A DNA stretch of 64,000 nucleotides, taken from positions 128,418 to 192,417 of the forward strand of contig JBBDMM010000006.1 in assembly GCA_040878325.1 (NCBI GenBank), written 5' to 3'. This DNA comes from Acidimicrobiia bacterium (GTDB lineage Bacteria > Actinomycetota > Acidimicrobiia > Spongiisociales > UBA11373). The position numbers and the translations under genes were made by a program. The number at the start of each line of letters is the position of its first letter. Position 1 is the first letter of the stretch. A model generated the notes under the pieces. That model made no database searches. It saw only the letters and a program-made list of their open reading frames with translations, and was not told the DNA's origin. This document shows positions 51,762 to 60,359 of this stretch, one piece after another.

Positions 51762-52564
51762 GCCGGGTGACTGCGACTGGCGTGTCGGTGGGGTACGGGG
51801 GTCGCACCGCGGTCGACGGGGTCGACCTCTCGGTGGCGGCGGGGGAGTGGGTGGCGTTGATCGGCCCCAACGGTGCGGGCAAGACTTCGCTACTGCGCGC
51901 CATCGCCGGGACCATCCCCCATACCGGTGAGGTGAGGTTCGACGGAGTGGCGGCGGCTTCGTTGCCCCGGCGAAGGGCCGCCCGGTTGGTGGCGATGGTT
52001 CCCCAGCAGCCGGTGCTACCCGACGGGATGACGGTGCTCGACTACGTGCTCCTCGGACGGACTCCCCATCTGGGGTACCTGGCCGCCGAAAGCTCCACCG
52101 ATGTCGCCATCGCCCGTGAGTCGATGGCGCGCCTCGACGCCGCCGACCTGGGCGGCCGCCGGCTGGGAGAGCTCTCAGGCGGGGAGCACCAGCGGGTGGT
52201 GCTGGCGCGGGCCCTGGCACAGCAATCGGCGGTGCTACTCCTCGACGAGCCCACCGCCGCCCTCGATGTCGGCCACGGTCAGCAGGTGCTCGACCTGGTC
52301 GACGAACTGCGACGGGAGCGAGGGATGAGCGTGATCGCCGCGGTGCACGACCTGACCCTCGCCGCCCAATACGCCGATCGCCTCGCCCTCATGGACGGGG
52401 GCCGTATCGTCGCCGAAGGGAGCCCGCGCTCGGTGCTCACCGAAGACGCGATCGCCCGCTTCTCCGGCGCCCGAGTGTCGATCGTCACCGGCCCCGGCGG
52501 CGAGGTGGTGGTAGTGCCTAGAAGAGGTCCACGGTCGGCGGTCGACGGCGTACAGCCCGACTGA
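51758..52564 (+). CDS. btuD: ABC ATPase (BtuD/FepC-like)
   Basis: GPNGAGKT, LSGGEHQR, LLLDEPT, HDLTLAAQYADR. Confidence 0.9.
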   Translation: MSRVTATGVSVGYGGRTAVDGVDLSVAAGEWVALIGPNGAGKTSLLRAIAGTIPHTGEVRFDGVAAASLPRRRAARLVAMVPQQPVLPDGMTVLDYVLLGRTPHLGYLAAESSTDVAIARESMARLDAADLGGRRLGELSGGEHQRVVLARALAQQSAVLLLDEPTAALDVGHGQQVLDLVDELRRERGMSVIAAVHDLTLAAQYADRLALMDGGRIVAEGSPRSVLTEDAIARFSGARVSIVTGPGGEVVVVPRRGPRSAVDGVQPD

Positions 52565-52570
52565 ACTCGC

Positions 52571-53293
52571 CTACGCGAACGCGTTGTAGGCCGAGCCCAC
52601 CGCGTACGCCAGACCGGCGCCGACGGTGGCGATCGCCACGTTCTCCAGTCCGCTCCAGATCGGGTTCTTGCGGGTGGTGAGCGTCTTGGCTGCCCCCACC
52701 GCAAAGAGGGCGATGCCGGCACCGATCCCGGCCAACAGCAGTCCCCGCCCGGTGGAGTCGACGAAGACGAAGGGCAACACCGTCGGCAGCGAGCCGGCGA
52801 TGAACAGCAGTCCTGAGTAGATCGCGGCCCGATAAGGGCTTCGCCGTTCCTTCTCCACGACACCGAACTCCAGGGCCATCATCGCCTTGATCAGCGAGTC
52901 GTCGTCCGCATCGAGGGCAGCGACCACATCCTCGACTTGCGCCGGCGGGAGGCCCATGTCGCCGAACATCTCGCGGACCTCGTCCAGTTCCTTGTCCCGG
53001 TGATACAGGAGGTGTTCGCGCTCCAGTTTCATCTCCGAGTCGAACACTTCCTCCTGCGACTTGGTGGCGATGTACTCACCGGCCGCCATCGAGATGGCGC
53101 CGGCGAGGCCGCCGGTGAGACCGGCGAGAAGCACCTCCCGGGTGGCGAGGCCCCCTCCGACCACCCCGACGACCAGGAGGAAGACCGACACCAGGCCGTC
53201 GTTCACCCCGAGCACGATGTCTCGCATGTATTGCCTGGTGGTGCCGACGTGAGGCCGATACGGCGGAACCTCAGCGGTGTCGAGGGTTTCCAT
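52571..53293 (-). CDS. VIT1/CCC1-family Fe/Mn transporter
   Basis: DIVLGVNDGLVS, AGAISMAAGEY. Confidence 0.9.
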   Translation of the reverse strand: METLDTAEVPPYRPHVGTTRQYMRDIVLGVNDGLVSVFLLVVGVVGGGLATREVLLAGLTGGLAGAISMAAGEYIATKSQEEVFDSEMKLEREHLLYHRDKELDEVREMFGDMGLPPAQVEDVVAALDADDDSLIKAMMALEFGVVEKERRSPYRAAIYSGLLFIAGSLPTVLPFVFVDSTGRGLLLAGIGAGIALFAVGAAKTLTTRKNPIWSGLENVAIATVGAGLAYAVGSAYNAFA

Positions 53294-53331
53294 CCGCTCG
53301 ATTGTACGACCCGGGCGGCCCGCGGCTCCGG

Positions 53332-53457
53332 TCAGCCGTTGGTGAGCAGCCCGGAGGCGAATCCCATCAGCAGAACGACCCAGAAGATCGCCGCAGTCGC
53401 CAGCACGAAGCCGACGATGATCCGGATGCGCCGCTTGTAGGTGGCTGGGGCAGACAT
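53332..53457 (-). CDS. Small 41-aa single-TM protein (not in ORF track)
   Basis: MSAPATYKRRIRIIVGFVLATAAIFWVVLLMGFASGLLTNG; its ATG directly follows the DUF6529 TGA. Confidence 0.6.
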   Translation of the reverse strand: MSAPATYKRRIRIIVGFVLATAAIFWVVLLMGFASGLLTNG

Positions 53458-54009
53458 TCAGAAGCCCGGGAAGGCGACGTTGGTGAAGAACCAGAACGAG
53501 CTGGTCCAGAACATGATGGTCAAGGCTCCGAACACGATGCCGCCCGCCACCGGGAGCGTCCACCCCGGCAAACCCTTCGAGCGAACGATCAGGACCTTGG
53601 CGGCGAACGCGCCATAGAAGATGCAGCCCACGGTCGAGTGGATCAAGACCCGGGTTGTGAAGTCCTGGAAACCGAGGCTCCACAGGCAGTGGTAGGCGAC
53701 GGGCAGCGTGAACAAGAAGGCGATGGTGCCGCTCAGCCGGTGGACCGATCCGAGCCAGGGGGCCGTGGGTCCCGACCCCAGCTTCCCGTACATGCGAAGG
53801 GCGGTCCCCAACTGGAACAGCGCGGCGGTGAATGCTGCTGTCGCCAGCCACACCTTCGCCCGGATCGGCGCCGTGAAGAACAAGCTGACCAGGGAGCGTC
53901 CGGTCGGGTCGTGGATGTTCCCGTAGACCCCCAGCGCGACGGCGACGGCACTCCCCACCATTAGGGCGAGAACCAATCGCCCGCGGTTGTCCCGGGTGGC
54001 CGTCACCAT
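53458..54009 (-). CDS. DUF6529 membrane protein (putative cytochrome b-like)
   Basis: GVYGNIHDPT, KVWLAT, VHRLSG, VAYHCLW, LIHS.VGC.FYGAFAAK. Confidence 0.75.
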   Translation of the reverse strand: MVTATRDNRGRLVLALMVGSAVAVALGVYGNIHDPTGRSLVSLFFTAPIRAKVWLATAAFTAALFQLGTALRMYGKLGSGPTAPWLGSVHRLSGTIAFLFTLPVAYHCLWSLGFQDFTTRVLIHSTVGCIFYGAFAAKVLIVRSKGLPGWTLPVAGGIVFGALTIMFWTSSFWFFTNVAFPGF

Positions 54010-54163
54010 CGCTCGCCCCCTCCTCGTGAGACGGGAGGAGGCTACCGCGCCGGTACCAGGCCATGCCGAGCGATCGGACCCTGGTTGGCCTGCCTCCGGT
54101 TCGTGCGTCTACGGAGCGGAGCGGAGTCCGCGTCTACGCAAAGACCTGCCATCCTCCGGTGGT

Positions 54164-54613
54164 ATGACACGGGCTCCGGCGAGCAGGGCGGCCCCGGGAG
54201 GAGGGCTGCTCAGCGGGCCGAATCTCCCCTATTCCCTCACGACGCTCGTCGCACTCGGGGTGCTGGTGGCGTTCATCCTCATGGCCGATCCGTTCCGTAG
54301 CGGGGCCGTCTCCACCGGTTTCGGCCCTGGCGACCCGGTGGTGGGCGACACCACTTTCAACAGCCGCTGCAGCGTCTGCCACGGGCCCGGCGGCGAAGGC
54401 ATCATTGGGCTCGGGAAGCCGCTCACCACTTCGGAGTTCGCCGCAGGGCTCACCGACGAGGAACTGCTGGCGTTCCTGATCGAAGGGCGCGCCTCGGACG
54501 ACCCGGACAACACCACCGGGATCGTCATGCCGGGCAGGGCCGGCGTTCCGCCGCTGAGCGACGAGGAGTTGGTCGACGTGATCGCCTATCTCCGGACGCT
54601 GAGCGCCGGTTAG
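54164..54613 (+). CDS. Membrane-anchored monoheme cytochrome c
   Basis: TM helix, CSVCHG, distal GIVMPG Met ligand, LSDEELVDVIAYLRTL. Confidence 0.88.
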   Translation: MTRAPASRAAPGGGLLSGPNLPYSLTTLVALGVLVAFILMADPFRSGAVSTGFGPGDPVVGDTTFNSRCSVCHGPGGEGIIGLGKPLTTSEFAAGLTDEELLAFLIEGRASDDPDNTTGIVMPGRAGVPPLSDEELVDVIAYLRTLSAG

Positions 54614-54622
54614 GGTCGCAGC

Positions 54623-55489
54623 GTGGCTCGGCTGTCCAAAGTAGACCGGCGCAGTCTCCCTGACTCGGCATTTGCGTATGTCGACTCGAAGGGTCGCCGC
54701 AGCCTGCCCATCTACGACGAATCACATCTGAGGAATGCTTTGGCCCGCTTCGAGCAGGTGAAGTTCGAGAGCGAGGCCTCGCGGGATCGTGCCCGCCGAC
54801 GGATCCTCCAGGCGGCCAAGAAGCACGGCATCGTCCCCGTGGGTTTCGTCACCAGCCAACTGGAGACCGAACGAGTTCGAGTGGCGAAGGGTGAGCATCC
54901 GAGTGGGTTTCTCACCCTCATGTTCGCTGACGTCGAGGGATCGACCGCGCTGTTGCATGCGATGGGAGACGCCTACGGACGACTTCTGCAAAGTCTGCGT
55001 CGATTGATCCGGCGGGTGGTGGTGCGCTCTGGAGGGGTCCCGGTCGACCTCCGCGCCGACGAGGCGTTCGTGGTCTTCGAGGACCCGGCAGCCGCGATCA
55101 CGGCGGCCGTGGACCTCCAGCGCACGATCGCCGGCTCCTTCTGGCCCGGCGAGGTAGTGGTCAGGCTGCGGATCGGCCTCCACAGCGGCGAGGTCGCTTG
55201 GACCGACGCGGGATACGTCGGCCTCACGGTGCATACCGCCGCCCGGGTAACGGCTGCCGCCCATGGGGGGCAGATACTGGTCAGTGACGCCTGCCGCCAT
55301 GCCGTCGGTCGACCGCCGGGCATCGGGCTCCGCTCGATCGGGCGGTACCGCTTTGCCGGATTCGTTGACCCGATCCAGGTCTATCAGGCCGACGCGGAGG
55401 GTCTACCCCGCGACTTCCCCGCGCTGCGCGCCGGCAAGCGGGTCAGGGGAGGTGGCCCGGCGGCGGTCAGTTCTTCGCCAGGGCCTTGA
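54623..55489 (+). CDS. DUF6582 domain fused to class III adenylate/guanylate cyclase domain
   Basis: LPDSAFAY...HLRNALARF..V; FADVEGST, RADEAF, LRIGLHSGE, VGLTVHTAARV. Confidence 0.8.
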   Translation: MARLSKVDRRSLPDSAFAYVDSKGRRSLPIYDESHLRNALARFEQVKFESEASRDRARRRILQAAKKHGIVPVGFVTSQLETERVRVAKGEHPSGFLTLMFADVEGSTALLHAMGDAYGRLLQSLRRLIRRVVVRSGGVPVDLRADEAFVVFEDPAAAITAAVDLQRTIAGSFWPGEVVVRLRIGLHSGEVAWTDAGYVGLTVHTAARVTAAAHGGQILVSDACRHAVGRPPGIGLRSIGRYRFAGFVDPIQVYQADAEGLPRDFPALRAGKRVRGGGPAAVSSSPGP

Positions 55490-56255
55490 TCAACGGATCG
55501 TTCAGGGGGCCATCGCCGACGCAACGGATCGGGGTGATGGCGATCACCCCGTCCGCGGCCGCACCTACATCGGTGCCTTCGACCGCTTTCGGGTCGTGGA
55601 TCAACCCGCCGTAGGCATGGACGTAGACGCCAGGGCGATCCTCGGCGAAGAGGCGGTCGTACCCGGATGGGGCGACCCTGGTGAGAACCCGCTCGGTGCT
55701 TTCGGTCGCATGGTCCGGTAGCCCCACATTGAGCACATCGCCGGGGCGAATGACCGGCAGCGCCTCGGCGACCATCGCCGCGGCCACCGTCGCCAGCCGC
55801 TCCCACATCGGCAGGGCGTCGGGTTCGAGCACGTCGTTCTTCCACTGTTGCCACGGAACCGTGTGCGACCCGGCGGAGAAGGCGATGGCGGGTACCCCGG
55901 CGATCCCTGCCTCGAGAGCGGCGCCGACGGTGCCGCTCGACTGGAGATAGGCCGATCCGTGGTTGTACCCGATGTTGATTCCGGAGACGACGATGTCGGG
56001 TCGTTCGAAGAGGACGTGGATCCCCAGTTGGACGCAATCGGCCGGAAACCCGCTGCAGGCGTGCACTGTCACGCCCCCGACGTCTACCTCGATCACCGTG
56101 ACCGGCTCGAAGCGGGTGATGGCCTTGGCCACCCAGGATCGTTCCCGATCCGGCACCACCACGGAAACCTCCCCGACCCTTGCGAGCGCCCGGGCGAATG
56201 CGGCGAGTCCGGGGGCGGCGGTGCCGTCGTCGTTGGTGAGAAGGATTCGGGCCAT
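55467..56255 (-). CDS. surE: 5'/3'-nucleotidase SurE
   Basis: ILLTNDDG, SGFPADCV, VSGINIGYN, SSGTVGAA. Confidence 0.93.
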   Translation of the reverse strand: MARILLTNDDGTAAPGLAAFARALARVGEVSVVVPDRERSWVAKAITRFEPVTVIEVDVGGVTVHACSGFPADCVQLGIHVLFERPDIVVSGINIGYNHGSAYLQSSGTVGAALEAGIAGVPAIAFSAGSHTVPWQQWKNDVLEPDALPMWERLATVAAAMVAEALPVIRPGDVLNVGLPDHATESTERVLTRVAPSGYDRLFAEDRPGVYVHAYGGLIHDPKAVEGTDVGAAADGVIAITPIRCVGDGPLNDPLIKALAKN

Positions 56256-56329
56256 CGGACCACGCTACCGGGAACCGGCGGGGTCACCGTTACCGTCACA
56301 TGGGGCAACACCCACGAAAAGGATCAGAG

Positions 56330-58519
56330 ATGCGCAGGTACCTCGCCCTCGCGGCGGTAATGGTCATGGCGATGACGGCGTGTTCCAGGGCGGAGTCGAC
56401 CAGCCCGATTCGATCGTTGGGAGCCTCTTTCGATCCCCGGTCGATCACCTTCACCGCGATCCTCACGCCGTTCGATGCCTGCGACGCCGTGCTGGCTCAC
56501 TTCAAGGCAGAGGCACTCGAACGGGTGGGTCCCTACGGACTGGATGGTGGCCCTCGCTGGTACTTCTTCGAGGGAGGCGCCAGGGCGCAAGAGGACACTG
56601 CGGGCCCTCCCGGTGACGGCTCGGTGACCACCATGGCTGCCGGGCTTCCCACTGGCGGCGAGGATGGCGGATTTTCGGGGACCAACGTCCAGGTATCCGG
56701 CGTCGACGAGCCCGACATCATCAAGACCGACGGCGAGCGGATCCTCTCGATAGTCGACGGGAAGCTCCGCTACGTCGACGTGACCGGTGACGAACCTGTC
56801 CTGCTCGGCGAACTCCAACTCGAGACGGGCTGGAACCACCGGTTCTTCGTGGATGGTGATCGTGCCTTCGTCTTCTCGCAGGGCGACCTCGATGCGATCC
56901 CGATGTTTGCCGCCGACTCCCGCATCGCCCCGCCCTACGGGATGACCGTGAGCGTGGTTCAGGAGGTCGACCTGTCCGACCCGGACGACATGCAGGTCGT
57001 CCGCACCCTGCGGGTCGATGGCTCTTACCTGAGCGCCCGCTCGATCGACGGGGTGGTGCGGATGGTGGTGTCGTCCTATCCGTCCAATCTCCCCTTCGTG
57101 TATCCCTCCAACGAGTCGGCCGAGGACATCGCCCTCGCCGCCAACCGTCAGATCATCGAGGCGTCGACCCTGGAGACCTGGGTCCCGTCGTACACCCTTT
57201 ACGACGCCGATGGCGACGAGGTCACCTCGGGGCTGGTGGTGGCGTGTGACCGGATGCATCGTCCCGCCGAGTTCGCCGGGTTCGACACCTTGTCGGTGAC
57301 CACTCTCGATCTCAGTGGTTCGCTCGGCGCCGGCAACGGCACCGGGGTCATTGCCCGCGGCGAGACGGTGTACGCGTCGCATACCAGCCTCTACGTGGCC
57401 ACCAATGTGTGGATCCCGGAGAACGTTTCCGACACCCCCGACTTCCAGGAGTTCTCGGAGCGGTACGAGACGGCGGTGCACAAGTTCGACATTGCCGGCG
57501 ACGGGCCCGCCACCTACCGGGCCAGCGGCTCGATCGACGGACACCTGCTCAATCAGTTCTCACTGGACGAGTTCGACGGTGATCTGCGGATCGCGGTCAC
57601 CGAGGGCGCTCCCTGGTCGTTCGAGGAGGACTCGGAGTCCAAGATCGTCGTCCTCACCGAGCGCGATGGTGTCCTGGTGGAGATCGGCTCGGTTGGCAAC
57701 ATGGGCAAGGGTGAAAGGATCTACTCGGTCCGCTTCCTTGGGGAGACGGCGTATGTGGTGACGTTCCGCCAGGTCGACCCGCTCTACGTGGTCGATCTCA
57801 GTGACCCGGAGAGCCCGGTTGTCAGCGGCGAGCTCAAGATCCCCGGCTACTCCTCCTACCTCCACCCCCTGGGCGACGGCTTGCTGCTCGGGGTGGGCCA
57901 GGCGGCCGATAGCCAGGGCCGCACCACTGGAGCGAAGGCCACCCTCTTCGATGTCTCCGATCCTTCCGATCCGCGAGAGCTCTCATCGTGGACCATCGCC
58001 GACGCGTACAGCGACGTCGAGTGGGAGCACCTGGCCTTCCTGTACTGGGCGCCGGCGGACATCGTGGTCCTGCCGATTCAGTCCTGGATGACGCAGTTCA
58101 TGGGGGCGGTGGTCCTCAAGACCGACGATGGACTGCGTGAGTACGGACGTATCACCCATCAGCGCGAGGACCGGCCGGGCGATGGATCGGACTGTGAGGT
58201 TCTCGACTCCGTCAAGGAAGCCGGACTCGTCATTCAGCTCTGCGATGAGGGTGACGATGGCGGGTACGGAGGGTACTACTGCGAGCCCCTGCCGGCGGAT
58301 GAGGCAGCCGCCCTCGCTCGGGATTGGGGCGTCGAGGTCTCCGACGACCAGCTCGACGCCGCCGACAGGGTCGAGGTCTGCTGGCCGAACTACGAGCTCG
58401 GCGATCCGCAGATCATGCGGTCCCTGGTGATCGGCGACACCCTGTGGACCCTGTCCTGGCACGGCCTCCAGGCCAACGCCCTCGACGGCCTCGAGGTGCT
58501 GCACAAGGTGGAGTTCTAA
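56330..58519 (+). CDS. Secreted beta-propeller-domain lipoprotein (Beta_propel family)
   Basis: Lipobox MTACS, TNVQVSGVDEPDIIKTDG, LLNQFSLDE, GERIYSVRF, VTFRQVDPL, GELKIPGYSSYLHP. Confidence 0.88.
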   Translation: MRRYLALAAVMVMAMTACSRAESTSPIRSLGASFDPRSITFTAILTPFDACDAVLAHFKAEALERVGPYGLDGGPRWYFFEGGARAQEDTAGPPGDGSVTTMAAGLPTGGEDGGFSGTNVQVSGVDEPDIIKTDGERILSIVDGKLRYVDVTGDEPVLLGELQLETGWNHRFFVDGDRAFVFSQGDLDAIPMFAADSRIAPPYGMTVSVVQEVDLSDPDDMQVVRTLRVDGSYLSARSIDGVVRMVVSSYPSNLPFVYPSNESAEDIALAANRQIIEASTLETWVPSYTLYDADGDEVTSGLVVACDRMHRPAEFAGFDTLSVTTLDLSGSLGAGNGTGVIARGETVYASHTSLYVATNVWIPENVSDTPDFQEFSERYETAVHKFDIAGDGPATYRASGSIDGHLLNQFSLDEFDGDLRIAVTEGAPWSFEEDSESKIVVLTERDGVLVEIGSVGNMGKGERIYSVRFLGETAYVVTFRQVDPLYVVDLSDPESPVVSGELKIPGYSSYLHPLGDGLLLGVGQAADSQGRTTGAKATLFDVSDPSDPRELSSWTIADAYSDVEWEHLAFLYWAPADIVVLPIQSWMTQFMGAVVLKTDDGLREYGRITHQREDRPGDGSDCEVLDSVKEAGLVIQLCDEGDDGGYGGYYCEPLPADEAAALARDWGVEVSDDQLDAADRVEVCWPNYELGDPQIMRSLVIGDTLWTLSWHGLQANALDGLEVLHKVEF

Positions 58520-58522
58520 GAG

Positions 58523-58702
58523 AGCCTCCAGCCACCAGCCTCCAGCCACCAGTAAGAGAAGAACCAAGAGCCGCGCGGGCCTCCCGCGCGGTTCTTGGTG
58601 TTCGGCCTTCCGCCTTCCGCAAGCACTGTTGAACGCTCTGCGCAAGCAACCACAGACCCCGCCCATCGCATCGCTTATTGCGTATTGCGTATCGCATATT
58701 GC
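58523..58702. repeat. Modular heptamer element R13 with internal hairpin
   Basis: (GCCWCCA)x4, hairpin ACCAAGAGCCGCGCGGG-CCT-CCCGCGCGGTTCTTGGT, (CCTTCCG)x2 CAAG, TATTGCG-type array 58675-58702. Confidence 0.88.
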
Positions 58703-58741
58703 GAAGAGGGCACTCGAGACCCCTAATACCATCCACCGCGC

Positions 58742-59884
58742 GTGTTCGCTCCTATTCGTTCGATGCTGTCGGTGCGCCGGGGGGCGCCGGTGGCGCTCAT
58801 CGTGGGGGCGGCATCGGTGTCGTTCCTCTTTGGCGCAACCCCATTCTTGATTCCCGAGGTGGCCGATCGGCTCGACGTGAGCCTGGGGGTCGCCGGGCTC
58901 ATCTCCTCTGCCCAGGTGCTGGGATTCGCCGGATCGGTGTTCGTTGCCGGTCGGCGGCTCACCCCGTCTCGTGGCGTGCTGGTATGGGCTGCGGTGGCTG
59001 CGGCGGCGTTCGATGTCGCCAGCGGGTTCGTGCCGTCTTTTGGGCTACTCCTGGTCCTGCGACTCGGTGCCGGGGTCGCAGCCGGCCTACTGACGTGGTT
59101 GGCGTGGGCGGATGCGATGCGGTCGTCTCACTCGATGCGCGACATCGCAGCGGTCGGCCCATTGGCTGTGCTGTTCGGCGCACCGCTGCTCGGGTGGGTG
59201 GCGTCGGTGGGCGGCGACCGTGCCCTCTACCTGGTGTTGGCCGCCTCGATGATTCCTCCAATGTTGATTCCGGTCGAGTTCGTGGCTCAGCCGATGAGGG
59301 GTCGGCACTCGATGAGCCCGTCGCGGACGAACCTCGTGCTCATGGGGGCCCTCGGGTTCCTGACGATGGCGGGTTCCGCCCTCTTTGTCTTCCTCGGCGC
59401 GTTCGCCGACATCGAGGTCGGCCTGACCGCGGTCGCGCTGTCCCTGGGGTTCAGCGTCAATGCGTTGGCCGGACTGATCGCCGCCCGCCTGCGACGGCGG
59501 CCCCGATACGCCTGGCCGTGGCTGGTGGTGACGGCGGTTTCGGCGACTTCCATCGTCCTGTTCCCCGGCCCGGTTGTGTTCTACGCCGGGATGTTCAGCT
59601 GGGGTTTCGCGTTCTGGATGGCGGTGCCCCGAGTGCTGGGGCGGGTGGCGGAGTGGTCCCTGGTCCCGGACGAGCGCGTCGGTGACGCCCAGTCGATCAT
59701 GGCGCTGGGTCGCGCCGCCGGCCCGGCGATCGGGGCGGCTCTGGTCGGCTCAGGCGAGTTCGGTGGTCTGGTGGCGTTCGCTGGCGCCGGGCTGCTGAGT
59801 AGCGCGGTCCTGGCGGGATCGGTGGAGGTCTACCGGCGAGACCGGGCCGGTCCGTCGGCCGGTCACAACGTTCCGCATCGCTGA
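58742..59884 (+). CDS. MFS transporter
   Basis: About 12 TM segments, LGVAGLISSAQ, LLVLRLGAG; start may be ATG near 58763. Confidence 0.82.
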   Translation: MFAPIRSMLSVRRGAPVALIVGAASVSFLFGATPFLIPEVADRLDVSLGVAGLISSAQVLGFAGSVFVAGRRLTPSRGVLVWAAVAAAAFDVASGFVPSFGLLLVLRLGAGVAAGLLTWLAWADAMRSSHSMRDIAAVGPLAVLFGAPLLGWVASVGGDRALYLVLAASMIPPMLIPVEFVAQPMRGRHSMSPSRTNLVLMGALGFLTMAGSALFVFLGAFADIEVGLTAVALSLGFSVNALAGLIAARLRRRPRYAWPWLVVTAVSATSIVLFPGPVVFYAGMFSWGFAFWMAVPRVLGRVAEWSLVPDERVGDAQSIMALGRAAGPAIGAALVGSGEFGGLVAFAGAGLLSSAVLAGSVEVYRRDRAGPSAGHNVPHR

Positions 59885-59888
59885 GCCC

Positions 59889-60194
59889 TCAGGCAGCATC
59901 GCCCGTCGGGGGAGGACCCTCGGCGGGAGTGGGTACACGTTTGCGGCCCGCGGCCGCCACCGCTTTGGAGGCGACGCTCTTGATGCCATCCGCGGCCTTC
60001 CCGGCCACGGGGAACTCCTTACGGAGCACCGCGAGCCCGGCCAGTATCACCACAGTGCCCGGCCCCGGCAGCGGGAGAAGGGCCACCCCGAGCAGCACCG
60101 TGGCACCGCCGGACACCGCCACGGTGGCGCGCCGCAGCTGCCGCTTGGAAACAGGTTGGGCTTCCGGGCTGAGGTCACTCTCGTGCACGCTCAT
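59889..60194 (-). CDS. PGPGW-domain small membrane protein
   Basis: GVALLPLPGPGTVVILAGLAVL..EF. Confidence 0.8.
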   Translation of the reverse strand: MSVHESDLSPEAQPVSKRQLRRATVAVSGGATVLLGVALLPLPGPGTVVILAGLAVLRKEFPVAGKAADGIKSVASKAVAAAGRKRVPTPAEGPPPTGDAA

Positions 60195-60228
60195 ATGACC
60201 ACGCAATGCCCGCGAATGTTCCCGGCAA

Positions 60229-60359
60229 TCAGTCGCCAGTCCCCAGTCTCCAGTCTCCAGCAGGACAGGCGATCTGCGATGCGCTCCGGATCGCTTCTCA
60301 GGCGGGAGGCGGGAGGCCATCCCTTCTTCCTGGCTACTGGTGACTGGTGACTGGTGACT
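60229..60359. repeat. Modular element R14 bracketed by inverted CCAGTCT/CTGGTGA arrays, overlapping the upstream stop
   Basis: CAGTCGCCAGTCCCCAGTCTCCAGTCTCCAG ... GGCGGGAGGCGGGAGGCC ... (CTGGTGA)x3. Confidence 0.9.
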
